Source: Thermoanaerobaculia bacterium
GTDB taxonomy: Bacteria; Acidobacteriota; Thermoanaerobaculia; Multivoradales; UBA5704
Direction of reading: 5' to 3'
NCBI GenBank assembly: GCA_044226625.1
Contig: JBGAGQ010000006.1
Coordinates: 96,001-160,000 of the forward strand
DNA: 64,000 nucleotides
The position numbers and the translations under genes are program-made. Positions within the stretch are counted from its first letter, which is position 1. Each line of letters begins with the position of its first letter. A model generated the notes under the pieces. It was not told the DNA's origin. It did no database searches and saw only the letters and a list, made by a program, of their open reading frames with translations. Positions 19,124 to 30,018 of this stretch are shown here, in pieces.

Positions 19124-19903
19124 TCAACCCGCTGGCGTCACCCGATACGTCCGAGTGGTCTCGCCGGACTGGCCTAGACCGGCGCCGCTCGAGACTTCGA
19201 CAGAGGAACTGACGTAGAGACGGCCGCCGGGGCTGCGCGAGAAGGTCTTCGTCTCGCGAAGGCTCACCTCGAAGGTGATGAGGAATTTGCTGAACTTGAG
19301 CTTGGCGTTCCGCTCGGTCGCGATCGGCAGACCGGCCGGGTCGAGCCAGATCTTGAGCACCTCGTCGCGGCTCTTGAGGCTTTTGCGCTCCCGGGAGTTC
19401 AGTCCGTCGCGAGGCTCGAGGTAGAGGACGCGCGTCGGTCGGCCGTTCCTGGGCTCGGTCTTGTCGGCGGAGAGCTTCGCTCCCTCGATCTCCAGCCGCA
19501 GCACTTCGGCGGGATCGAGCAGCTCGGTCGCCTTCTTCGCGTCCAAGAGACCGAGCCCGCCGTCTTTCCGCTCCGGGGTGTCCGGCGCCGCGGCGCGCCG
19601 CCATTCGGCCTGGCGGTCGGCGCGGATCTGCGGAGTCGGCCAGGTGAGGCGAAGCCCCGCGGCATCGTGCTCCGCGAGAGCGCTTCCTTCCTCCGTCGTG
19701 CGCTGATCATCACCGTCGTCGCTGCTCTTGCGAACGCTCGTGACGCCGATCTGCGCCCGAATCGCCGGTCCGTTCTCCGCTTTGCGAAGATTGGCCCGAA
19801 GATCGCCGAGGGGATCCGCGGCGAGGGGCGGGGCGGCGCCCAGAGAAACCATAAGGGCAAACGCGAAGGGAAAGAGGACGGTGGAAAATTTCGGTCGGTC
19901 CAT
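19124..19903 (-). CDS. Secreted hypothetical protein
   Basis: ATG 19903; signal peptide ending PLA-AD; beta-rich mature region. Confidence 0.7.
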   Translation of the reverse strand: MDRPKFSTVLFPFAFALMVSLGAAPPLAADPLGDLRANLRKAENGPAIRAQIGVTSVRKSSDDGDDQRTTEEGSALAEHDAAGLRLTWPTPQIRADRQAEWRRAAAPDTPERKDGGLGLLDAKKATELLDPAEVLRLEIEGAKLSADKTEPRNGRPTRVLYLEPRDGLNSRERKSLKSRDEVLKIWLDPAGLPIATERNAKLKFSKFLITFEVSLRETKTFSRSPGGRLYVSSSVEVSSGAGLGQSGETTRTYRVTPAG

Positions 19904-20131
19904 TCGATCTCCGTCGTGAGGGGAGCGCTTTCGGCCCCGGAGCTGGCTGCAAGATTCTCTCCCGCTCGCGTCCCCAGGAAAACACCGCCTCGCGCTAGAT
20001 ATGCCGTCCGTCCCGGAAGACGTTCGCGTCCTCTCCCGCATTCAGAGTCGCGCCACGGCCCGTCATCCAATCCCCTCGGCTTCGCGTACTGTGAGGGAGC
20101 GGCCAAGCCGCTCTCGAGAGGAAAACCGCCG

Positions 20132-20941
20132 ATGATTCGACCCCGCCTTTGGATCCTCCTGCTGCTCACCGCGGCGCCCGCCCTGGGCCACGATTTTTGG
20201 ATCGAGCCGACGGCGCTCTCCCCAGCGCCGGGCTCGCAGCTCGGCGTCCGCCTTCGCGTAGGGGAGAACTTCGCGGGCGACCCGGTGCCGCGCGACCCCG
20301 AGCGGATCGAACGATTCGCGATCCGCGGCCCGAACGGAGAGAAGCCCGTGCCGGGGATCCCCGGCGGCGAGCCGGCGGGGTTTGCCGCGGTCGGTCCGGC
20401 CGGGATTTACCAGATCGTCTATGACAGCAACCGTGCGTCGGTCTCGCTCGAACCACAGAAGTTCGAGGAGTACCTCCGCCTGGAAGGGCTCGAACGGATC
20501 CTCGACGTGAGGAAAAAGCGTGGTTTGGCGGACAAGCCGAGCCGCGAGGTCTATTCGCGGTGCGTCAAAGCGCTGCTCGCAGTCGGCGGCACGGCGGGGA
20601 GCGGTTTCGACCAACCCGTCGGTCTGGAGCTGGAGCTGGTCCCGGAGAAGAACCCGTTCGAGATCGAGCCGGGGGGCGAGCTGCCGGTCCGGCTGCTCTA
20701 CCGGGGTAAGCCGCTCGAAGGGGCCCTGGTGGTGGCGCTCCCCCATTCGCAGCCTCAGGCCGGAGAGATCAGGGCGCGCACGGACGCTCAAGGGAGGGTT
20801 CGGCTCAAACTGCCCGCCGGGGCGTCCGGACCGGAGATCTGGCTGATCAAGGCGGTCCACATGATCGAGGCGCCGAAGGACGTCAAGGACGCCGACTGGG
20901 AGAGCTTCTGGGCCTCCCTGGTCTTCCGCGCGGGACGATAG
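20132..20941 (+). CDS. DUF4198 family periplasmic protein (Ni/Co uptake associated)
   Basis: Signal peptide followed by HDFWIEP; [10 protein letters not shown]; RTDAQG; ESFWASL. Confidence 0.85.
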   Translation: MIRPRLWILLLLTAAPALGHDFWIEPTALSPAPGSQLGVRLRVGENFAGDPVPRDPERIERFAIRGPNGEKPVPGIPGGEPAGFAAVGPAGIYQIVYDSNRASVSLEPQKFEEYLRLEGLERILDVRKKRGLADKPSREVYSRCVKALLAVGGTAGSGFDQPVGLELELVPEKNPFEIEPGGELPVRLLYRGKPLEGALVVALPHSQPQAGEIRARTDAQGRVRLKLPAGASGPEIWLIKAVHMIEAPKDVKDADWESFWASLVFRAGR

Positions 20942-20984
20942 CTCCGAGCGGCCCGGGGGGCGCGTTGGTATATTTCGCACTCCC

Positions 20985-22010
20985 GTGACCGACCTCCTCA
21001 AAGCCATCCGATCCCGCGCGGCGAAAGCCCAGACGTCGATCGTCCTGCCGGAAGGGGACGACCCGCGGGTGGTCGCCGCCGCCGTCCGTGCGCGAGAGAT
21101 CGGCCTCTGCCGGCCGCTGCTGGTCGTCCCTCCTGGAACGATCCTCGATCCGGCGGCGATCGATCTCGAGCGGCTCGATCCGGTCGCCGATCCGGAGCTT
21201 CCGCGGCTCGAGGCGCTGCTCGTCGAGCGACTGGCCGGCCGGGGGCTGACCGCGGGCGCCGCGCCGGAGGCGGCGAAGCGAGTCCGTGACCCTCTCTACT
21301 ACGCCGACCTGTTGGTCCTGAGCGGCCGCGCGGACGGCGCGGTGATGGGCGCCAAGGCGACGACGGCCGACTCGATGCGCGCGGCGCTGCGCACGATCGG
21401 CCCGCGGGAGGGCTTGAAGACCGTCTCGTCCTGCTTCCTCATGGCATTTCCCGACGGCCGATCGCTCATCTACAGCGATTGCGGCGTGGTCCCCGATCCT
21501 GATCCCGAACAGCTCGCCGACATCGCGGAAGCTGCCGCGGAGAGCTGCCGCGCGCTGCTCGGAGAAGAGCCACGAGTGGCGCTGTTGTCGTTTTCGACCC
21601 GCGGCAGCGCGGGCCATCCCAAGGTCGACAAGGTCCGACGGGCGCTCGACCTGCTGCGCGGGCGCGCCGTAGGGTTCGCGGTCGACGGCGAGCTCCAGGC
21701 CGATGCCGCGCTGGTCCCCGAGGTCGCGCTGCGAAAAGCTCCGGAGAGCGCGGTCGCCGGCCGGGCGAACGTGCTGATCTTTCCCGACCTAGACGCCGGC
21801 AACATCGCCTACAAACTGACCGAGCGCCTCGCCGGTGCGCGGGCCGTGGGGCCGTTGCTCCAGGGGCTCGCCCGGCCGGTCAACGACCTGTCGCGCGGCT
21901 GCTCGGTCGAGGACGTCGTCGACGCAATGGCGGTCACCGCCCTCCAGGCGGCAGCCTCGGACTTGCCGGCCTCGGCGGACGCGGCAGGCAAAGGAGCAGC
22001 GAACGGATGA
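20985..22010 (+). CDS. pta: Phosphate acetyltransferase
   Basis: [49 protein letters not shown]. Confidence 0.95.
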   Translation: MTDLLKAIRSRAAKAQTSIVLPEGDDPRVVAAAVRAREIGLCRPLLVVPPGTILDPAAIDLERLDPVADPELPRLEALLVERLAGRGLTAGAAPEAAKRVRDPLYYADLLVLSGRADGAVMGAKATTADSMRAALRTIGPREGLKTVSSCFLMAFPDGRSLIYSDCGVVPDPDPEQLADIAEAAAESCRALLGEEPRVALLSFSTRGSAGHPKVDKVRRALDLLRGRAVGFAVDGELQADAALVPEVALRKAPESAVAGRANVLIFPDLDAGNIAYKLTERLAGARAVGPLLQGLARPVNDLSRGCSVEDVVDAMAVTALQAAASDLPASADAAGKGAANG

Positions 22011-23308
22011 GAGTCCTCGTCGTCGGCGGCGGCGGCCGCGAGCACGCGCTCTGCTGGAAGCTCCGGCAGAGCTTGAAACTCTCGCGGCTCTATTGCGCGC
22101 CGGGCAATCCGGGCATCGCCGAGGTCGCCGAGCGGGTGCCGATCGGGGCGGAGGAGATTGACCGCCTCGCCGATTTCGCGGTGGAGCGGAGGATCGACCT
22201 CACGGTCGTCGGTCCCGAAGCGCCGCTCGCGCTCGGGCTCGCCGACGAGCTCACCGCGCGCGGCCTCGCGGTCTTCGGACCGAACCGGCTCGCCGCGGAG
22301 CTCGAGGGCTCGAAGGTGTTCGCCAAACAGTTCATGGAGCGGCACGGCATCCCCACCGCGCGGTTCGCCCTGGCCGACGACGCAGACGCGGCCCGCGCGG
22401 CACAGGCGAGCTTCGGCTTCCCGGTGGTGATCAAGGCCGACGGCCTCGCCGCGGGCAAAGGGGTCTTCCTCCCCAACGACGCCGCGGAGCTCGAGGAGGC
22501 CCTCGCCGCGATCTTCGGCGAGCGGCGGTTCGGCGACGCCGGCTCCCGCGTCGTGATCGAGGAGCATCTGCCGGGCGAAGAGGTCTCGTTCATGGCGCTT
22601 TCGGACGGCGAGCGCGTGCTTCCGCTCGCCACCGCCAAAGACTACAAGCGGATCGGCGACGACGACACCGGCCCGAACACCGGCGGGATGGGCAGCCACA
22701 GCCCTTCGGGGCTGCTCACGGCCGAGGCGGCGGCCGAGGTGGTCGAGACCATCCTGAAGCCGACGATCGCCGGCATGGCCGCCGAGGGCCGACGTTTCGT
22801 CGGGGTCCTCTACGCCGGCCTGATGCTCACCGCCGACGGGCCCAAGGTGCTCGAGTTCAACGCCCGCTTCGGCGACCCGGAGGCCCAGGTGCTCTTGATG
22901 CGCCTCGAGAACGACCTGCTCGACGTGCTCGCGGCGGGGGCGGACGGCCGGTTCGAGCTCGAACGCCTCTCCTTCCGTCCGCAAACCGCCGCCGCGATCG
23001 TGCTCGCGAGCCCCGGCTATCCGGATCGGCCGCGGACCGGCGACGCGATCCGCGGCCTCGACCAAGCGGGGCAGGAGCCCGGCGTCCAGATCTTTCATGC
23101 CGGCACGGCGTGGAGGGATTCGGACGAGGGCGGGGCGCTGGTGAGCGCCGGAGGGCGCGTGCTGAACGTCTGCGCGATCGGCACCGATCTCGGCGAGGCG
23201 CTCGGCCGGGCCTATGCTGCGGTCGAGGCGATCGACTGGCCCGGAAAAGCGTTCCGGCGCGACATCGGGCGGAGGGTCGCCTCGGGATCTCGCTTCGAGC
23301 GGTCGTGA
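22007..23308 (+). CDS. purD: Phosphoribosylamine-glycine ligase
   Basis: [48 protein letters not shown]. Confidence 0.97.
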   Translation: MRVLVVGGGGREHALCWKLRQSLKLSRLYCAPGNPGIAEVAERVPIGAEEIDRLADFAVERRIDLTVVGPEAPLALGLADELTARGLAVFGPNRLAAELEGSKVFAKQFMERHGIPTARFALADDADAARAAQASFGFPVVIKADGLAAGKGVFLPNDAAELEEALAAIFGERRFGDAGSRVVIEEHLPGEEVSFMALSDGERVLPLATAKDYKRIGDDDTGPNTGGMGSHSPSGLLTAEAAAEVVETILKPTIAGMAAEGRRFVGVLYAGLMLTADGPKVLEFNARFGDPEAQVLLMRLENDLLDVLAAGADGRFELERLSFRPQTAAAIVLASPGYPDRPRTGDAIRGLDQAGQEPGVQIFHAGTAWRDSDEGGALVSAGGRVLNVCAIGTDLGEALGRAYAAVEAIDWPGKAFRRDIGRRVASGSRFERS

Positions 23309-23523
23309 TAGCGTCTTAGCGTCGCCTTCCCGATCGGCCGTAGAAATCCCGTGGGGAGGCGCCGCGCGCCACGAAACGTCCCGCGAATGAGGTCAAATTG
23401 GCAGCGTCGATCGGAGGAGGGACGGCATCCCCTTCGATCGCCGGCAGGGATCGGCTGGTATCCATCCTGCAGGACTCGCCCGGCGATGACGCCGCGCGCG
23501 AGAGCTTCGAAGGCGGACCCACG

Positions 23524-24270
23524 ATGAGCGGTTGTGGTGGTTGCTCGTTCAAGGGCATGTCCACGGCGGTGGAGGACGCGTTCGTCGGCGTCCGCTTCCG
23601 CGACGAAACGAACCTCACGCTGTGCAGCACCGGCGGACGGATTTTCGCCCGAGGCGAGCGGGTCGTGGTCGACCTCGAATCCGGTCCGGCCTTCGGCCAT
23701 GTCGAGCAGTCGCCGATGCCGGTGTTCAAGCCGTGCCAGAAATCTTCCGCGCGGCCGATCCTACGCCCGGCCGATCAGGACGACTTCGCCTCCTTCGACC
23801 GGCAGGTGGCGAGCCAGACCGAGGCGAAGCACTTCGCCCAGGAGCGGTCCCGGGCGCTCAAGCTCGATCTCAAGATCTCCCGCGTCGACTTCGCGCTCTC
23901 GGGCAAGAAGGCGACTTTCTATTTCACCTCGGAAGGACGGATCGATTTCCGCCAGCTGGTTCGCGATCTGGCTTCGCGCTTCTCGATCAAGGTCAAGATG
24001 GTGCAGGTCGGAGCGCGCGACGAGGCCGCGCTGCTCGGCGGGATCGGCGTCTGCGGCCGGACCCTCTGCTGCTCCACCTGGCTCAAGGACTTCCGTCCAA
24101 TCTCGATTCAAATGGCCAAGCGCCAGAACCTGTCGCTCAACCCGTCGAAGATCTCCGGCCAATGTGGACGTCTCCTCTGCTGTCTCGCGTACGAGGACGA
24201 CCAGTACAAGACGCAGAATCCGGACCGACGTTCTCCGCCGATCCCGAGCTACGACGACACCGCCGCCTGA
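23524..24270 (+). CDS. ricT: PSP1 / RicT (YaaT) family Fe-S protein
   Basis: RIDFRQLVRDL, GARDEA..GGIGVCGRTLCC, SIQMAKRQNLSLNPSKISGQCGRLLCCLAYE. Confidence 0.9.
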   Translation: MSGCGGCSFKGMSTAVEDAFVGVRFRDETNLTLCSTGGRIFARGERVVVDLESGPAFGHVEQSPMPVFKPCQKSSARPILRPADQDDFASFDRQVASQTEAKHFAQERSRALKLDLKISRVDFALSGKKATFYFTSEGRIDFRQLVRDLASRFSIKVKMVQVGARDEAALLGGIGVCGRTLCCSTWLKDFRPISIQMAKRQNLSLNPSKISGQCGRLLCCLAYEDDQYKTQNPDRRSPPIPSYDDTAA

Positions 24271-24284
24271 GGCGCGTTGACCCT

Positions 24285-24638
24285 ATGGCCATTCGAAAGC
24301 TGATTCGCCCCGACATGAACGAGATGAAGAAAGAGACCCCCGCTCGCAGCCTGCGCCGCAAGCAGAGCCCGCCGGAGCAGACCAACGCCGAGGAGTTCTA
24401 CTACCTCAAGCAGATGGCCGCGAAGACGCCGATCGTCGTCATCCTGGACAACGACGAAGAGCTCCGAGGCTGGATCGAGTGGTACGACAAGGGGGCGATC
24501 AAGCTCAACCGCCACCAGGGTCCGAACCTGCTGATCCAGAAGCACCACATCCGGTACCTGTTCAAGGAAGAGGAGCTGCGCGAACAGCAGCGCGGTCGCC
24601 GGCGGTCCACCGCGGCGGCCGAGGCGCCTTCCGAGTGA
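24285..24638 (+). CDS. Hfq-like (Sm-fold) RNA chaperone
   Basis: YYLKQM..KTPIVVILDNDEELRGWIEWYD...NLLIQKHHIRY resembles Hfq Sm1/Sm2 (YKHAI). Confidence 0.7.
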   Translation: MAIRKLIRPDMNEMKKETPARSLRRKQSPPEQTNAEEFYYLKQMAAKTPIVVILDNDEELRGWIEWYDKGAIKLNRHQGPNLLIQKHHIRYLFKEEELREQQRGRRRSTAAAEAPSE

Positions 24639-25708
24639 GCGCCCCTTCATCGGCCGGTCCGATCCTCGCTCTGACTCAAGGGGACCCGGCCGGCATCGGC
24701 CCGGAGATCCTGCTTAAGCTGCTCGCCGGGTCGCCCCCCGCGGACGGCGGTGGTTCCTTGCCGACGGCCTGGCAGCCGCTCGTGATCGCCGAGCGCGCCG
24801 CGCTCGAAGCACTCCGTCCGTCGCTCCCCGACGCTCCCTTCGATCGGCTCGTCTACCTCGCTTCGAAGCCAGGCCGAGAGGAGCTCGCGGCCCTCGCCGC
24901 CTCGGGCGGCATTCCGGTGCTCGATCCGATCGGCGACCCGCGCCGGCCGATCGAGCTCGGACGCTCGGGTGCCAAGGACGCCGCCGGGGCGATGGCGGCG
25001 CTCGATTGCGGTATCGAGCTCGCGCGCACCGGGGAGGTCGACGCTCTGGTGACCGCGCCGATCGCGAAGAGCTCGATCGCCAAGCACCATCGCGCCGATT
25101 TCGTCGGCCACACCGACTACCTGGCGGAGGTCTGCGGCCTCGAACGCTACGGCCGCGACTATCTGATGGCGTTCCTCGCGCCCGATCTGCAGGTCGCCCT
25201 GCTCACCGTCCACCTGCCGCTGCGGGAGGCTCTCGACGCGGTGACCCCCGAGGCGACGCTCGAGGCGCTCCGCTGCCTGGATCGCCACGCGGGGGGGCGC
25301 ATCGCCCTCGCCGGCATGAACCCCCACGCCGGAGAGGGTGGCCTGCTCGGCGCGGAAGACGAGGCGCTGCTGGCCCCCACCGCCGCCCAGGCGCGCGGCC
25401 AAGGGATCGACGTCCATGGGCCCGAGAGCGCGGACTCGCTGTTCGCCCGCGCCCGCCAAGGGGAGTTCGACTGGGTGCTCGCGCTTTACCACGACCAAGG
25501 GCTGATCGCGGTCAAGACCGCCTGTTTCGGCCTCGCCACGAACTGGACGCTCGGCCTGCCGTTCCTTCGCACCTCGGTCGACCACGGCACCGCCTTCGGC
25601 ATCGCGGGCCACGGCAAGGCCGACGCCGGACCGCTCGAAAAAGTAGTCGAGACCACTCTCGGCTTGATCGAAGGCCGGCTGCCGAGAAAATCGACGGGCT
25701 CTTCATAA
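24635..25708 (+). CDS. pdxA: 4-hydroxythreonine-4-phosphate dehydrogenase PdxA family
   Basis: GDPAGIGPEI, GHTDYL, NPHAGEGG, YHDQGL, RTSVDHGTAF; GTG start overlaps upstream TGA. Confidence 0.92.
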   Translation: MSAPSSAGPILALTQGDPAGIGPEILLKLLAGSPPADGGGSLPTAWQPLVIAERAALEALRPSLPDAPFDRLVYLASKPGREELAALAASGGIPVLDPIGDPRRPIELGRSGAKDAAGAMAALDCGIELARTGEVDALVTAPIAKSSIAKHHRADFVGHTDYLAEVCGLERYGRDYLMAFLAPDLQVALLTVHLPLREALDAVTPEATLEALRCLDRHAGGRIALAGMNPHAGEGGLLGAEDEALLAPTAAQARGQGIDVHGPESADSLFARARQGEFDWVLALYHDQGLIAVKTACFGLATNWTLGLPFLRTSVDHGTAFGIAGHGKADAGPLEKVVETTLGLIEGRLPRKSTGSS

Positions 25709-25811
25709 ACCGGCGGCGCGCGCCGCGGGCGCTGCCGCCGGACTCGCGGGCAACCCGCCCCCGAATTCCAGGCCTCGGACCTTCGCGCGCGAAATCCGAG
25801 ATAATCCCGTC

Positions 25812-26267
25812 ATGGCCTCCGAGACCCCAAGGCACCGAGTGGAAACCGAGCTGCGCGCCGCCATGAAGGCGGGCGAAAAAGAGCGCCTGTCGACGCTCCG
25901 CATGCTGCTCACCGAGATCAACAACGAAGAGATCAAGAACGGCGAGGTGGACGAGGCCGGATTCGTCGCCTTGGTGCGCCGCGCGATCAAGCAGCGCGAC
26001 GACGCGGCCGAGCAGTTCGACAAGGGAGGCCGGCACGAGCTGGCTGAAAAAGAGCGGCGGGAAAAGGGGATCCTCGCCGGCTATCTGCCGGCCCAGGCGG
26101 ACGAAGGCGCGATCCGCGCCGCGGCCGTGGAGATCGCCGCGGCGGAAGGGCTCGCGTCGGGCGCCGGCATGGGGGCGCTCATGAAGGCCCTGCGCGAGAG
26201 GTTCGGCTCGAGCGCCGACGGAGCGACGCTCTCCCGGATCGCCAAAGAGGTCCTCTCCTCCCGCTGA
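25812..26267 (+). CDS. GatB/YqeY domain protein
   Basis: AMKAGEKERLSTLRML...IKQRDDAAEQF..GGR.ELA.KE..E..IL..YLP. Confidence 0.9.
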   Translation: MASETPRHRVETELRAAMKAGEKERLSTLRMLLTEINNEEIKNGEVDEAGFVALVRRAIKQRDDAAEQFDKGGRHELAEKERREKGILAGYLPAQADEGAIRAAAVEIAAAEGLASGAGMGALMKALRERFGSSADGATLSRIAKEVLSSR

Positions 26268-28198
26268 TGGGCAGATTCCTCGTCGGCACCGCCGGCCACA
26301 TCGATCACGGCAAGACCTCGCTGGTCCGGGCGCTCACCGGCATCGATTGCGACCGCTGGGCGGAGGAGAAGGCGCGCGGCATCACGATCGACCTCGGCTT
26401 CGCCCACCTCGTCCGGGGCGACCTCGAGATCGGATTCGTCGACGTGCCGGGGCACGAGCGCTTCCTCCACAACGCGCTCGCCGGGCTCGGCGGCATCCGC
26501 GCCATGCTGCTGGTCGTGGCGGCCGACGAGGGGGTCAAGCCGCAGACGCGGGAGCACCTCGCGGTCTGCTCCCTGCTCGGCATCCCCCACGGTCTGGTCG
26601 CCCTCACCAAGGTCGACCTCGTCTCCGAGGATCTGCGCGAGCTGGCCCAGCTCGAAATCGAAGAGTTGCTCGCGAAGACCCCTTTCGCCGGCGCGCCCAT
26701 CCTCCCCGTCTCGAGCTCGACCGGGGAGGGTCTCGCGGAGCTCGAAAGCGCGCTTCGATCGCTCGCCGAGCGCTCTATCCGGGAAACCCCGGCCGGGGAG
26801 ACCGATCCGGCTTCGTCCCCCGCGCGCCTGCCGATCGACCGCGCGTTCCATCTGAAGGGCCTCGGCGTCGTCGCAACCGGAACGCTCGCAAGCGGCGCGG
26901 TCCGCATCGGCGACACCCTCGAAGCGCTGCCCGGCGGCGAAAGGGTTCGGGTCCGAAGCATCCAGGTCCACGGCAAGCCGCACGAAACGGCCGAGGCCGG
27001 CGAGCGGACTTCGCTCCAGATCGCGGGCATGCCGCTCGAGGCGCTCTCGCGCGGGCTCAACCTGGTCGAGCCCGGGACGTTCGCCGCGTCCACCCGGCTG
27101 TTGGTCCGTTTCCGGCTCCTTCCCGATGCCCCCGCGGAAATCTCCGGGTATGTGCCGATCCGCCTCCATCTCTTCGCGAGCGAGGTCTACGGCCGCCTGC
27201 GGCCGCTCGGGCCGAACTCCCTGGCACCCGGCGAGAGTGGTCTCGCTGAGGTGCGCCTCGCGGCGCCGATCGTCGCCCGGCGCGGCGACCGGTTCGTCGT
27301 CCGGCGCCCCTCTCCGGCGGCGACGCTCGGCGGCGGCGAGGTGCTCGACCCGTTCTTCCGCCCTTACCGAGGCCGGCTGCTCGCCCCGGCGCTCGCCGCG
27401 CTGGGATCGCCGGACCTGCCCACCGCGCTCGCCTTCTGGGTCCTCGAGGCGGGGGAGCGCGGCGCGGAGATCGACGACCTCGCCCGGCGCCTCGGGGTAC
27501 GGCCGGCGACGATCGAGGCTCCGCTCCGGCGACTGACGAACCAGGGAAAACTGCTCGCCGTGCCGGCGGGACCCGGCCGAGACCGCCGATTCGTCGCCCC
27601 GGCCACCTACCAGCGCCTCGCCGAACGGGCGGCTCGGGTTCTGGCCGAGTATTTCGAGCGCGACCGGCTCGCCCTCTCGATCGGCAAGGCGGACGCCGTG
27701 CGGAAGATCGTCCGCGGCCGCGGCGCGGAGCTCGCCGACGTGTACCTCGATTGGCTCGGCAAGCAGAAGGTGCTGACCGTCTCGGAGGATCAGGTAACGC
27801 TTCCGGGGCGCGGCTCGCGCCTCACTTCGGAGGAGTCGGATCTCTCCACCCGGGTGCTCGCCCGGTTCGACTCCGGAGGGCTCGCTCCCCCTTCTCCGGG
27901 AGAAGTGAGCCAGGCGCTCTCGGCCAAACCGCAGATCGTCGACGGGGTGATCCGCCATCTGGTCGCCCGCGGCGAATTGGTGAAGCTCCCCTCGGGATTG
28001 ATCCTCGCCGCCTCGGCGGTCGCCGATCTCAAGCGCCGTCTGATCGCGACCGGATGGCCCCGCTTTTCGGTCCCTCAGTTCAAGGACCAGTTCGGCCTCT
28101 CGCGCAAATGGGCGATCCCGCTGCTAGAGCATCTCGATTCGACCGGCGTGACCCGTCGCCTGGGGGACGAACGGATGATCGTGCGTACGGACGGTTGA
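26267..28198 (+). CDS. selB: Selenocysteine-specific elongation factor
   Basis: GTAGHIDHGKT, EEKARGITIDLGF, DVPGHERF; C-terminal winged helices ending GLSRKWAIPLLEHLD. Confidence 0.95.
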   Translation: MGRFLVGTAGHIDHGKTSLVRALTGIDCDRWAEEKARGITIDLGFAHLVRGDLEIGFVDVPGHERFLHNALAGLGGIRAMLLVVAADEGVKPQTREHLAVCSLLGIPHGLVALTKVDLVSEDLRELAQLEIEELLAKTPFAGAPILPVSSSTGEGLAELESALRSLAERSIRETPAGETDPASSPARLPIDRAFHLKGLGVVATGTLASGAVRIGDTLEALPGGERVRVRSIQVHGKPHETAEAGERTSLQIAGMPLEALSRGLNLVEPGTFAASTRLLVRFRLLPDAPAEISGYVPIRLHLFASEVYGRLRPLGPNSLAPGESGLAEVRLAAPIVARRGDRFVVRRPSPAATLGGGEVLDPFFRPYRGRLLAPALAALGSPDLPTALAFWVLEAGERGAEIDDLARRLGVRPATIEAPLRRLTNQGKLLAVPAGPGRDRRFVAPATYQRLAERAARVLAEYFERDRLALSIGKADAVRKIVRGRGAELADVYLDWLGKQKVLTVSEDQVTLPGRGSRLTSEESDLSTRVLARFDSGGLAPPSPGEVSQALSAKPQIVDGVIRHLVARGELVKLPSGLILAASAVADLKRRLIATGWPRFSVPQFKDQFGLSRKWAIPLLEHLDSTGVTRRLGDERMIVRTDG

Positions 28199-28277
28199 TC
28201 CGCGCACCCAACCGAAGAGAAATTCGCGCCGCCGAAATTTGTTCCCAAAGACGTAGGAAGAACGAAGGGAGATCGAG

Positions 28278-28652
28278 ATGCCGACCATCGCCGTCCTGGG
28301 AGCCTCGTCGAACCGCGCAAAGTTCGGCAACAAGTGCGTCCGCGCCTACGCCCACGCGGGATATCGGGTGTTTCCGATCAACCCCACCGAGAAAGAGGTC
28401 GAGGGCTTCCCCGCCTTCGCCAAGCTCGCCGACGTTCCCGAGCCGCTCGATCGGATCAGCGTCTATCTGCCGCCGCCGGTGACGCTCGATTATCTGGACC
28501 AGATCGATGCCGCTCAGGCAGGGGAGGTATGGCTGAATCCCGGGGCCTACGACACGGCCGTGCTCGAAGCGGCCCGCGGCCGCGGGATTCCGATCCGCCC
28601 CGGCTGCAGCATCGTGGACATCGGGCTTTCGCCCGCGATGTTCGGCGCGTAG
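28278..28652 (+). CDS. CoA-binding protein (YccU-like)
   Basis: IAVLGASSNRAKFG, PINP, VWLNPG, terminal C. Confidence 0.88.
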   Translation: MPTIAVLGASSNRAKFGNKCVRAYAHAGYRVFPINPTEKEVEGFPAFAKLADVPEPLDRISVYLPPPVTLDYLDQIDAAQAGEVWLNPGAYDTAVLEAARGRGIPIRPGCSIVDIGLSPAMFGA

Positions 28653-28728
28653 GTGATACCGTAGCGGCCGACCCGCCGACCGGCCATCCGATCCGCTCCC
28701 TGGGCCGCTCGGCAGGCTCTCCTTCCGC

Positions 28729-29547
28729 ATGCGCAAGGTCTATTTCGTCAAGTATTACGACAAGGGGTCGACCGTGATGGCCGGCGACCAGATCGCCGAG
28801 GCGTTGCGAGCGCGGGGATATGAGGCCCGGTCGGTCTATCCGGGCGACGTCGCCTCGGTGCGCGACGCGATCCTCGTCTTCATCAAGACCTCGCGCTGGT
28901 GGCATCTCTGGCGCGCGAAGCGGAACGGCAACCGGACCGTGCTCGACGTGCAGGACACGGTGGTGTTCAAACGGCGGATCAAGAACCGGGCCTTCTATGA
29001 CGGGATGATCTGGAAGAACCGTCGCCAGGTCGAGGATTTCGCTCGACCGGGCTCGGTGAATCGAATCATCCATCACCAATGGGACCCGCGCTACGAGCCG
29101 AACCGGCTGGACGGGAACGAGATCAAGATCGCCTACGTCGGCCTCGCCCGTTCGCTCAAGCTTTGGGGCAAGCTCCCCGGCGTCGACTGCTTCGACCGCG
29201 ACTACTTCCGCCGCGCGCTCGATTACAACTGTCATCTCTCGGTGCGCGAGCCGGGGCGCGAATACCTTTACAAACCGAACTGCAAAGTTTCGACCGCCGC
29301 GGCCTGCGCCGCGAACCTGATCACTACGAAGGACGAGAGCGCGGTCGAGCTCCTCGGACCCGATTATCCGTACTACCTCGCCTCGCATGAAGAGGCGGAC
29401 GTGCTCGCGGGTCTCGAAAAAGCGCGAGCGACGTTCGGCGGACCCGAGTGGAGGGCCGGGCTCGAAACGATGCGCGAGGTCGCCGAGCTAACCTCGATCG
29501 ACCGCGTGATCGACGATTATCTGACCTTCTTCGCCGAGCTGGACTGA
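28729..29547 (+). CDS. Hypothetical protein, possible GT-B glycosyltransferase-like
   Basis: Good codon bias; YKPNCKVSTAAACAANLIT resembles the KPxxK...G.P.I donor-binding motif. Confidence 0.55.
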   Translation: MRKVYFVKYYDKGSTVMAGDQIAEALRARGYEARSVYPGDVASVRDAILVFIKTSRWWHLWRAKRNGNRTVLDVQDTVVFKRRIKNRAFYDGMIWKNRRQVEDFARPGSVNRIIHHQWDPRYEPNRLDGNEIKIAYVGLARSLKLWGKLPGVDCFDRDYFRRALDYNCHLSVREPGREYLYKPNCKVSTAAACAANLITTKDESAVELLGPDYPYYLASHEEADVLAGLEKARATFGGPEWRAGLETMREVAELTSIDRVIDDYLTFFAELD

Positions 29548-29593
29548 AAGCGCTTCGGCCTCTAACGCTCGAGAACCTCCAAGGAGACACGGC

Positions 29594-30004
29594 ATGGCCG
29601 TCGAAATCACCGGTCGTTACCTCGGCCACCTGAAGACGGAGATGACCCACGGGCCATCCGGCACCGAAATTCGGACCGCGGCCCCGGTCGACAACAAAGG
29701 GGACGGCAGCTCGTTCTCCCCCACCGATCTCGTCGCCGCGGCCCTCGGCTCCTGCATGGTGACCACGATGGCCATCGTCGCGGAGCGCGACGACATCCCG
29801 CTCGAAGGCATCACCTTTCGGATCGAGAAGCACATGGTGAACGACCCGCGCCGGATCGGCGCGATCCCGGTCGAGATCCAGATGCCTGCCGGGCTCACCG
29901 CCGATCAGCGACTCAAGCTCGAACGCGCGGCACATCACTGCCCCGTCCACCGGACTCTCTTGCCCGAGACGGACAAGACGGTGACCTTCGTCTATCCGGA
30001 TTGA
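29594..30004 (+). CDS. OsmC family protein
   Basis: AAPVDNKGDGSSFSPTDLVAAALGSC...CPVHRTL. Confidence 0.9.
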   Translation: MAVEITGRYLGHLKTEMTHGPSGTEIRTAAPVDNKGDGSSFSPTDLVAAALGSCMVTTMAIVAERDDIPLEGITFRIEKHMVNDPRRIGAIPVEIQMPAGLTADQRLKLERAAHHCPVHRTLLPETDKTVTFVYPD

Positions 30005-30018
30005 ATGGCGAGCGCCGG

